Source of the DNA: Hyalangium minutum
GTDB lineage: Bacteria; Myxococcota; Myxococcia; Myxococcales; Myxococcaceae
Length of the DNA: 9,257 bases
NCBI RefSeq assembly: GCF_000737315.1
Contig: NZ_JMCB01000037.1
Coordinates: 1 to 9,257 of the forward strand
Reading direction: 5' to 3'
A program made the translations under genes and the position numbers. This document shows positions 1 to 6,866 of the stretch, piece by piece (the first letter of the stretch is position 1; every line of letters starts with the position of its first letter). The notes below the pieces were generated by a model that saw only the letters and a list, made by a program, of their open reading frames with translations, did no database searches and was not told where the DNA came from.

Positions 1-16
1 GTAAGAGTTCACCGGC

Positions 17-1459
17 TCAAGCAGCCAGAGCAGCCGGAGCGGTCTCGAAGCTCGGGAGTAGCGAGGGAGGCTGGAGGCCGTGGCGGTGCGCCGCCAAGGC
101 TTGCGTCAGGTAATCCAGCACGGAGCGTTCCTGCAGTTTGAGCGTCGTGACGGTCGTGAGGACCCTTTCAACGAAGCGACTGCCCTCGGGGCTGCGGGTA
201 CCGAAGGAGGTTTTGCGGTACATGACGCCTGGACGGATGCAGCGCTCGGCGAAGTTGTTGGTCGGCTCCAACTCGGGCACGTCGACGAACGTCCACAGGC
301 ACTTCTCCAGCTTGAGGATTTCCTCTGCCATGCCTGCCGTCCTCTGCTCGGCGCACACCACCGCCTCACGCAGCAGGCGCCCCACGGCCCGCTCCACCTT
401 GCGCATCCGCCGCTGGAATACCTCTCTGGACAGAGTGCCGTCACGCACGCGGCGCCACCAGCGGAACATCTTGTCCCTCTGGGACATGAGCTGCTCGCCC
501 AGGCGCGCCCCTTCGCCGCCCCGGTCGATGAACCCTTGAAAGTCACGCGTCAAGTGTGCCCAGCACACTTGGCGCAGCCCCGCGTCATACCAGTTGTAGG
601 CACTCCACCTGTCCGTCACCAGCCAGCCCAGGAAGTCCTCACCCAGCAGCGCTTTGATGACTTCGCTGCCCCGGCTGGTGCTGATGCGGAACACCGCCAC
701 CAGCGTGGTGGCCACTACCCACAGCCACGCGCGTGCGCTCCGTCCCCTCTCCACGCCCTGGGCCCACCCAGTCTCATCGGCATGCACCCCGTCGGCTTGG
801 CGCACAAAGGCCTCGGCTTCGGTGACAGGCCCGGCCAGCGCCGCGCTCATCTCCCGCTCCAGGTTGATGACGCTGCCTACCGACAACTCCACCCCCACCA
901 AGTCCGACAGCGCGTCGCGCACCAGGCGCTTGGACAGCCGGTATTTGCCTACCAGCACGCTGGCCACCGCGGCCAGCCGCTCCCCAAAGGCGCTCGTCAC
1001 CTCCGGCGGCAGGGGGGCCCGCGTGGCACTGCCGCACCCCGCGCACTCCAACTGGTGGCAGCGGTACTCCGTCACCACCGCCGCTACTGGCGGCAGTTCC
1101 ACAACCTGGTGGCGCTCAGGCGTGGTGTCTTTCCCGCTTAGCCTCCTCTGGCAGCGCTGGCATCTGCTAGGCACCAAATCCACGAAGTGCTGCACCTGCT
1201 CGGGTGGCACCAAGGCCCGCTCGTGCTTCTTGTGGCCGGGCTGTCCACCGGGGCGTCGGCCTCTGCTGGGCTTCTGCAGGGGACGCACTGTGCCGGGCGG
1301 ATCACTCGAGGGAGGCTTCGAGCTGTTGGTCGAGTTCTGCTCCAAGCGCGAGCGCAACTGCGCATTCTCCTCCTCCAACTGCCTTATCCGCTCCAACGCT
1401 GCCGCCAGCAGCGCCTGAAGCTGAAGTACCTGGGCTTCTAATGACTCGGAGGAACTCAC
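17..1459 (-). CDS. tnpC: IS66-family DDE transposase (TnpC-like, 480 aa), apparently intact
   Basis: N-terminal coiled coil, NSSKPPSSD and GGQPGH motifs, zinc finger CQRC...CAGC, catalytic-region motifs VHADETGW, LVTDRWSAY, QVCWAHLTRDF, PTNNFAERCIR and SFGTRSPEG. GTG start; stop abuts the terminal IR. Confidence 0.95.
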   Translation of the reverse strand: MSSSESLEAQVLQLQALLAAALERIRQLEEENAQLRSRLEQNSTNSSKPPSSDPPGTVRPLQKPSRGRRPGGQPGHKKHERALVPPEQVQHFVDLVPSRCQRCQRRLSGKDTTPERHQVVELPPVAAVVTEYRCHQLECAGCGSATRAPLPPEVTSAFGERLAAVASVLVGKYRLSKRLVRDALSDLVGVELSVGSVINLEREMSAALAGPVTEAEAFVRQADGVHADETGWAQGVERGRSARAWLWVVATTLVAVFRISTSRGSEVIKALLGEDFLGWLVTDRWSAYNWYDAGLRQVCWAHLTRDFQGFIDRGGEGARLGEQLMSQRDKMFRWWRRVRDGTLSREVFQRRMRKVERAVGRLLREAVVCAEQRTAGMAEEILKLEKCLWTFVDVPELEPTNNFAERCIRPGVMYRKTSFGTRSPEGSRFVERVLTTVTTLKLQERSVLDYLTQALAAHRHGLQPPSLLPSFETAPAALAA

Positions 1460-1537
1460 TCAGCAGGTAGAACACGGCACGGCCTACCTGCTCAATAGGG
1501 TTCTACTCCGGCTGCTCTCTCCCCAACCAAGTCCCTC

Positions 1538-1552
1538 CCGGTGAACGGTTAC
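1538..1552 (-). repeat. IS66 left terminal inverted repeat (partner at 1-15)
   Basis: CCGGTGAACGGTTAC is the reverse complement of 1-15 with 2 mismatches. Confidence 0.9.
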
Positions 1553-1560
1553 AGTTCAAC
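1553..1560 (+). repeat. 8-bp target-site duplication AGTTCAAC (copy after the IS)
   Basis: Identical to 9151-9158. 8 bp is the canonical IS66 direct-repeat length. Confidence 0.9.
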
Positions 1561-1635
1561 ATGCCCCGGAAAACGACTCCCATACGACGGATCTAAAGCA
1601 TGATGTGGGGCATCCCGGCTCAGATGCGGCCAATG
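1561..1635. repeat. Continuation of the degenerate 84-bp repeat interrupted by IS66
   Basis: 9141-9158 joined to 1561-1626 forms one 84-nt unit. It aligns without gaps to 8973-9056 (about 47/72 over the best part) and 9057-9140 (about 47/84), by hand count. Confidence 0.65.
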
Positions 1636-1911
1636 TTCCCCCAAGCGGAGGAGGCGAGAGCGGGGAGTGAGGCAGCGGCCAGGAAGGAGCGGATGAAGCA
1701 GAGGACGCCGCGAGTGGATTGGGCAGAGTTGCTGAAGAGGACGTTCGACTTCGACGTGTTCGCCTGCGTCAGGTGTGGAGGCAGGCGGCGGGTCTTGGCG
1801 TATGTGAAGGCAGGCAGGGGAGTGCGAGCGATACGGGAGCACCTGGGCTTGCCCACGGCAGGTGTGAGCCTGGCCCCGGCGCAAGAATCAATCCAGGCCG
1901 CGGGGTGTTAA
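1636..1911 (+). pseudogene. 3' fragment of an IS91-like (Y2/HUH rolling-circle) transposase of myxobacterial type
   Basis: RTPRVDWAELLKRTFDFDVFACVRCGGRRRVLAYV...VRAIREHLGLP matches the C-terminal W..LL.R.F..DV..C..CGG...I..HLGLP signature of IS91/ISCR-like transposases. The catalytic N-terminal part is absent; the left boundary is approximate. Confidence 0.8.
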
Positions 1912-2115
1912 GGCTCACCCCTCCCCAGAGCCAAAAGGCCCAGTCCCCTACCGCGCCCCCCATGGGAGGGCGGCCTGGGCAGGCGTGTACCTCAAGGGGC
2001 TGCGCGGCCTGTCCACCGACCGGGCGCACTGCTCGGGCGGCACCTGTCAGCGGTCCTCCTCGGCACCTCCGCTCCAGTCCTCACCCGCAACATGGCCTCT
2101 ATCCTGCCTATACGC
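1912..2115 (+). mobile_element. IS91/ISCR-like 3' end with oriIS-like terminus (...TCCTGCCTATACGC)
   Basis: About 200 bp of GC-rich, hairpin-containing non-coding DNA downstream of the transposase stop, ending in CCTATAC. The position and terminal motif resemble ISCR/IS91 oriIS ends (recalled, not searched). Confidence 0.65.
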
Positions 2116-2221
2116 GCGGCTGATTCCGTAGCGCTGCCCATGGGCCGGGGCACGATTTCTCGCTCTGTGCGACATGATCACCGACACTCTCCGGCCGCTA
2201 CAAGGCAAAGGACGGTCGGCC

Positions 2222-4717
2222 ATGGGGACCACTTTCGTCAACCACCACATCTACCAAGAGGGAGACGCCTACGGGCTCGTGTACGCGCTGCTGCTGAGCC
2301 GGGCCAAGCTGGGCGATCCGATGAGGGGGCTCCTGTGGGTGGACGAGGGGCTGTACGACGACGGAATCGACCCCTTGCTCAAGAAGGCCGTCGACTACAA
2401 GCGGAAGGTCGATGGGCGGCTGGGCTACTTCTCGTCATTCGGCCTGCTCGACAGCGAACTCTGCATCGTCCGCTGCCGCTTCGAGAAGGACGTCGATCTC
2501 GTGGAGTTCCATGAGGAGCCAGGCTCCCTCCTGGTGATCGCGGACAAGGACTTCTTCAACAGCAACCCCCGCCTCCTGTCGCGCTTCCTCACCACGAAGG
2601 AGAACCCCATCGGCGGCTGGCTCGAGGAGAAGGAAGCGGCGCTGGCCCTCAAAGTGGATGAGCGCTCGCTCGAGCATGCGGCGGCGGTTCTCGGCATCTC
2701 ACTGTCGGGCAGGGTGTCGTGGTCGAACGCCGAGCGGTTGCGTGGCTTCCTCCGCGTACACTCCTTCTACAAGGAGGCGGCTCTTGACGTCATGGAGGTG
2801 GGGCTCGTCGCCCGCCGCCGTCAGGAGTTCTCGGATGCCGTCATGAAGGCGTTCCACGGTGGCAAGGGGCAGATCGCCTTCGCTTACATCGATGCCTCGA
2901 CGAACTACGTCCTGAGCTGCGTGGACAAGAAAGGCTTCGCGCCAGTGGTGAGCGCGCTCCGGCTGGAGATCCTCAACGCCACCAGCAAGTTTTCCCAGGC
3001 GAACGAAAAGTTCATCTCGACCTTCGTCGAGGATCTGGAGTTGCGCAAGGGCGGAGTCCGAGAGGCCACGCCCGTCCTGGTGCTGTTCTGGATCCGCGGC
3101 GCGAAGCCCGACGAGGAGCGCGCCATCCTCGCGGACTTCGGCCTCGGGCAGGAGAGAACGAGCCCCGGCAAGCCGCAGCACCATACCAACTTCACGCTCT
3201 ACAAGCAGGTCAGGCAGATCGTCTCCGACATGGCGGCCGAGCTGAACGCGCCGATCCGGTTCATCCCCATCGGCGACGAGCTCAAGGAAGAGCTCGGGAA
3301 GCTGTCGGCCCCGATCTCCTCGAGAGCGATGGCGAGGGGCGAGGACCTCTCCATGGGCCAGAACGCGCTCGAGCACACGGCGATGGTCCTCGGCATCTCG
3401 CTCTACGAGAACCTCTCGTCGGAGGATCGGACGCGGATCCAGAGCTACCTCCTGCACCACTACGGAATCTCTGAGAAGAAGAGCGACGAGATGTTGACGC
3501 TCTCGTACCGCAAGAGCCCATCGTCCCATAACTTGATCCGGTTCTGGGAGCGCGAGCCCTTCAAGGGCCAGCCGATGGGGGCTCAGATCAACTTCCTGCT
3601 CAACCTCTCCCTCCGCTATCCGGTGATCCAGATCGGCATGCGCAGCGGCTCGATGGAGCGCCTGATGTACCTCGGCGTGCCGACGATCTACTTCGACCGC
3701 ACGCAGTCGGAAGACGACCTCCAGAACCCGGTAGGGGCGACGCGGATCAAGCAGCTCTGTGGGTTCCAGGGCCGCTCGCTGCAAGAGCTCATGGCCTACC
3801 TGATCCGGCTCAATGCGTCGCTGGATGGCGGGGGCCGCGGAACCACCAAGGGGTTCCCGCTGTTCTTCCAGATCGAGAACCGGGACACCGGCTTCCTCCG
3901 GTACTCCGCGCTCCAGAACACCACCGTCAGCCGCACCATCGAGCGGATCGCCGGGAGCGAGACCCTGAGCGAGTACAACAGTTTCAAGCAGGCGCTGCTG
4001 CAGAAGAAGTACCTCACGTCGAAGCTCTCCGAGTTGGCACGGTCACTCCTTCATCTCGGCGGACTCGTCGACGAGGAGGAGCAGAAGATGCGCGCCTTGG
4101 TCTGGTTCATCGTGTTCGCCTACCCACGGTATGCGAGCCGCTTCCCCAACACGGGCATCACCGCGAAGCTCAAGCTCTTTGGGAAGATCGGCGACACCCA
4201 GAAGTTCTTCCAGCAGTCCAGTCACAAGGAGAAGTCGCTGGAGCAGCTCAAGCAAGCGTTCCGCGCGGACAAGAAGGTCTCCAAGACCGCTCCCGAGTCC
4301 AAAGTGGGAGATACAATTCGCGTCTCGGATCCGTCGACCTACCAGGGCTTCGAGATCGTCGGCGAGGTCACCGAGCTGACCGAGACGCACATCAAGCTGA
4401 AGGCGAAGGCGTGCTATCAGACCGGCACGATGATCCTCGAAACCACAACGCAGACGAAGAAGCTGGTGGGAACGACGATCGACTGGCCGCGCGCGGTCCA
4501 GTTCAAGAAGGGGGACCGGATCCGCATGGCCAACGCGCTCTTCCACCCCGGCGTCGATGTGGTCGGCGAAGTGATCGATGTGGACACCAGCTTCGTCACG
4601 CTGTCCATCGACAAGTGCTACAAGGCCAGCACCACGACGAACGACGTGACCGGGGCGAAGCTCATCGGAAAGAAGGTGAAGTGGCGGCGGGACCGGGTGG
4701 TGCGCAAGGAGGGCTGA
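2222..4717 (+). CDS. Large hypothetical protein (831 aa from ATG 2222; ORF open from 2174): GT-B/GT9-like glycosyltransferase fold plus two C-terminal SH3/Sm-like repeats
   Basis: Long uninterrupted ORF with strong GC3 bias and AAGGA upstream of ATG 2222. N-terminal IYQEGDAYGLVYALL resembles the GT9 GD motif. VLFWIRG...PQHHTN...IRFIPIGD...IGMRSGSMERLMYLGVPTIYF resembles GT9 IG.DSG.MHLA.A.GVPT.ALF. Coding status is certain; function is inferred. Confidence 0.9.
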   Translation: MGTTFVNHHIYQEGDAYGLVYALLLSRAKLGDPMRGLLWVDEGLYDDGIDPLLKKAVDYKRKVDGRLGYFSSFGLLDSELCIVRCRFEKDVDLVEFHEEPGSLLVIADKDFFNSNPRLLSRFLTTKENPIGGWLEEKEAALALKVDERSLEHAAAVLGISLSGRVSWSNAERLRGFLRVHSFYKEAALDVMEVGLVARRRQEFSDAVMKAFHGGKGQIAFAYIDASTNYVLSCVDKKGFAPVVSALRLEILNATSKFSQANEKFISTFVEDLELRKGGVREATPVLVLFWIRGAKPDEERAILADFGLGQERTSPGKPQHHTNFTLYKQVRQIVSDMAAELNAPIRFIPIGDELKEELGKLSAPISSRAMARGEDLSMGQNALEHTAMVLGISLYENLSSEDRTRIQSYLLHHYGISEKKSDEMLTLSYRKSPSSHNLIRFWEREPFKGQPMGAQINFLLNLSLRYPVIQIGMRSGSMERLMYLGVPTIYFDRTQSEDDLQNPVGATRIKQLCGFQGRSLQELMAYLIRLNASLDGGGRGTTKGFPLFFQIENRDTGFLRYSALQNTTVSRTIERIAGSETLSEYNSFKQALLQKKYLTSKLSELARSLLHLGGLVDEEEQKMRALVWFIVFAYPRYASRFPNTGITAKLKLFGKIGDTQKFFQQSSHKEKSLEQLKQAFRADKKVSKTAPESKVGDTIRVSDPSTYQGFEIVGEVTELTETHIKLKAKACYQTGTMILETTTQTKKLVGTTIDWPRAVQFKKGDRIRMANALFHPGVDVVGEVIDVDTSFVTLSIDKCYKASTTTNDVTGAKLIGKKVKWRRDRVVRKEG

Positions 4718-4726
4718 TCGTGTCGC

Positions 4727-4788
4727 TCCTCCTCGGCACCTCCGCTCCAGCCCTCACCAGCAACATGGCCTCTATCCTGCCTATACGC
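4727..4788 (+). repeat. Second oriIS-like end: 62-bp direct repeat of 2054-2115
   Basis: 60/62 identical (mismatches at 2078/4751 and 2086/4759). Starts 10 bp after the stop of the large ORF. Confidence 0.92.
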
Positions 4789-5219
4789 CGGCTGCGCACG
4801 TTGAGGCCCAGGTTGGCCAGCAGCCGGGTGCCGCTCTCGAAGGCGTAGTCCGCCGCGAGCCGCGGCTGCACGCCAAACCCCTTCTGGCCCTGAAGCTCCG
4901 AGGCGTCCGCCGTGGGCATCACCATTGGCGCCGCGAGCCCCAGCCGCAGGGTGTCGCGTTCTAGAAGTAACACCTTGGGGACGAGCCGGAGGTCACCCAG
5001 GCCGCCCTTCCACGACTGCTCCAGGTTGCCGGTGGGCAGCTCGTTGAACTCGCCGCGCTCGATCTTGAGCGGGGCCACGAGGCCCAGCTCGAAGCGCTCC
5101 CCCAGGCCGGTGGAGCCGATCAGGTCGAAGCCGAGCTGGTTGCGCACCAGGTGCTGCAGCCGGTCGGCGTTGGCCGGGTTGATGACGACGAGCGGCTCAT
5201 GGGCGTAGTTGAAGAAGAG
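4789..5219 (-). pseudogene. Internal fragment of a myxobacterial OmpA-family outer-membrane beta-barrel gene
   Basis: LFFNYAHEPLVV...GLGDLRLVPKVLLLE...GVQPRLAADYAF...LLANLGLNVR is typical of the N-terminal barrel of myxobacterial OmpA-family proteins. There is no signal peptide or OmpA C-terminal domain, and the frame runs straight into the oriIS repeat. Confidence 0.7.
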
Positions 5220-5583
5220 TGGAGACGATCTTCCGGAAGCGCGGCGTTTCGATCGCGGGGTGCGCGATCCTTGGTGCATAGGGGTGATCAGGCAAGCGCG
5301 GGTCGGATCAGCATCGCTGTCGATGGCTCTTCCTGGTCCCTTGCTCGACCTCCGGACGCCCGATGGGTGTACGTGGCACCAACTTCCGCTCTGCCGCTGG
5401 GCTCTTGAACAAGAGAGTACCTCATTCCCTGCTGCGGGCGGCAAGCCGCACTCGTCATGACCATCGGCGGAAGTGACGGCGATCGTTGGAGCGCGGGACT
5501 CGTGCCCGCGCTTCGTCGCGATCGACGGGATCGAAATCCCTCGTTATTGGAAGATCGTTTCCAATGAAGGGCTTGTGCGCCGG

Positions 5584-5680
5584 CCCGGAGTGCGGCTCAT
5601 GGGCTCCCCGTCAGCGTCCCTCACCTCCCGCTCTGCTCCCGCCCGCTACGCCCAAGAGGGCTCCGGTCCTTCCTATGCTC
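5584..5680 (+). mobile_element. Diverged third oriIS-like end (...TCCTTCCTATGC)
   Basis: 5610-5680 aligns to 2046-2115 at roughly 46/70 by hand, sharing GTCAGCG, GCTCC and TCCT.CCTAT.C. It abuts a 5'-truncated gene. Confidence 0.6.
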
Positions 5681-5914
5681 AACGGCGAGTTGGGAGACCA
5701 GGAAATGGGCGACCTGCTCCCCATGCGCGACCTGGCGTTCGAAAAGAAGGGGATCGAACACCCGAGCCGCACCTACGTCCGGTTGAACGGCGCGGGCGAG
5801 GTGGAGTGCATCGCCATCGAGGGCCAGGGCGGGGACAAGACGCTCATCTACTTCGAGCACCTGCCCGCCCTGCCGGCGGAGCTCACCTCTTTCGAAAGCC
5901 AACCGGGGCAGTGA
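5678..5914 (+). pseudogene. 5'-truncated, internally deleted DUF5335-like gene
   Basis: ELGDQ..LLPMRDLAFEKKG / IEHPSRTYV...GEVECIAIEG..GDKTLIYFE resembles myxobacterial DUF5335 proteins (recalled). It lacks the N-terminus and the segment normally found between EKG and the HRI.P motif. Confidence 0.6.
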
Positions 5915-5923
5915 GTGCGAACG

Positions 5924-5949
5924 GGAGCTCGAAGAGTGATTCGAGCTCC
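5924..5949 (+). terminator. Perfect 10-bp stem-loop just after the DUF5335 stop; terminator-like
   Basis: GGAGCTCGAA-gagtga-TTCGAGCTCC; no strong U-tract. Confidence 0.5.
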
Positions 5950-6108
5950 TCTGGCTCAGTGCAGAACCTTCCTGATGGTCCGGAGCCGTTCCAGTATGGC
6001 GCGCTGGGCGGGGAGGATGCTGTTTTGGGAATAACCGGGTTTCGTGCGCTGGAGGCCAGCAGCTTCAAGCGGCCAAGTCGCGAAGCGGCCGCGCAGGAGC
6101 AAGATCGC

Positions 6109-6744
6109 CTACTCCGCGGCACGTGTTCCCGTCAGCAGGACCATCAGCACATGGTCGACCAGTCCAATCAGACGCTCGCGCGGAATTGATGCACCAGCCG
6201 GTCCAGCGTAATGAGCCAGCAGCGCGACGACCGTATCGCACAGAACGTCGAGTTCGACCTCCGACAGTGGCGCGTGTCCCGCATCGGCCGCTCGGGTGGC
6301 GAGCTTGTCCAGCTCGGCCCGAACGAACGTGCCGAAGCGCTCGGTGAGAGTCCGATAAAGGTCCGGGTGCAACCGCGCCATCTCCATCGTCGCGGTCACA
6401 ACCTCGGGACTGTCGTCGCAATTGCCGGCTTGCTCCATCAACGCGAGGAGATCGTCGCGCAGTGACGTGCCGGGATAGCGCGGCGTGGTCATCGGATTCA
6501 GCGTAGCGACGGCGTCGGTCACAAGATCTGCCTTTGCCGTCCAACGTCGATACAGCGTCGCCTTCGACACCCCCGCACGCGCCGCCACATCAGTCATCGT
6601 CAGGCTATGATAGCCCTTTTCGGCGAGCAGCTCGAGCGCTGCGCCGATGATGAGATCGTCGCGGCTTCTGTCCTGCGCGCGCCCCCGTTCCGCCGGCGGA
6701 AGGCGACGCTGATGACGGTGAGACAGATCGTTCATGGCAATCAT
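6109..6744 (-). CDS. TetR/AcrR-family transcriptional regulator
   Basis: N-terminal HTH IIGAALELLAEKGYHSLTMTDVAARAGVSKATLYRRW. Divergent from the NmrA-family gene. The true start may be ATG 6735. Confidence 0.95.
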   Translation of the reverse strand: MIAMNDLSHRHQRRLPPAERGRAQDRSRDDLIIGAALELLAEKGYHSLTMTDVAARAGVSKATLYRRWTAKADLVTDAVATLNPMTTPRYPGTSLRDDLLALMEQAGNCDDSPEVVTATMEMARLHPDLYRTLTERFGTFVRAELDKLATRAADAGHAPLSEVELDVLCDTVVALLAHYAGPAGASIPRERLIGLVDHVLMVLLTGTRAAE

Positions 6745-6758
6745 AATAGATTCTTAAT

Positions 6759-6796
6759 TACGAAAATCAACCGTACCGGAACTCTTGCGTTTCGTA
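6759..6796. promoter_or_regulatory. Candidate TetR operator / divergent promoter region
   Basis: Inverted repeat TACGAAA (6759-6765) / TTTCGTA (6790-6796) in an AT-rich intergenic region between divergent tetR and nmrA-like genes. The 24-bp spacer is wider than usual. Confidence 0.4.
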
Positions 6797-6866
6797 TCGG
6801 GTAGCCCTATCCTTGGGTCAGCACTTCCCCGGCGCCGTGCGCGATATCCCTTAGGAAAGGCTTCCC

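Larger units (their letters stand above)
1..1552 (-). mobile_element. Complete single-ORF IS66-family insertion sequence (ISBst12 group)
   Basis: GTAA-starting terminal inverted repeats at 1-15 (GTAAGAGTTCACCGG) and 1538-1552 (reverse complement GTAACCGTTCACCGG), 13/15 match. One transposase ORF fills the element with no tnpA/tnpB. 8-bp AGTTCAAC flanks it when the window is circularised. Confidence 0.95.

Noticed and set aside
80-1141. 353-aa plus-strand ORF and other ORFs overlapping the IS66 transposase
   Set aside because: Antisense shadow frames of a high-GC3 gene; no recognisable motifs.
1553-1560. Target AGTTCAAC resembles IS66 IR bases 6-13 (AGTTCACC) and contains the IS91 target GTTC
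   Set aside because: A single short match; cannot be told from chance without more insertion sites.
2147-2165. Sigma54-like promoter GGCACGATTTCTCGC upstream of the large gene
   Set aside because: GG-to-GC spacing is one base longer than the strict -24/-12 requirement.
2699-4546. 361-aa and 167-aa minus-strand ORFs opposite the large gene
   Set aside because: Codon-aligned shadow ORFs with typical H/D/V/L/R-rich composition.
4662-5444. 260-aa ORF as a complete gene
   Set aside because: Only 4789-5219 looks like real protein. The ends are read-through into junction DNA and the ori repeat (RRIGRIEAMLL...).
5473-6189. 238-aa ORF, including IEIPRYWKIVS reminiscent of non-specific endonucleases
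   Set aside because: It crosses several junctions and overlaps the DUF5335 remnant out of frame. The nuclease-like match is too short to support.
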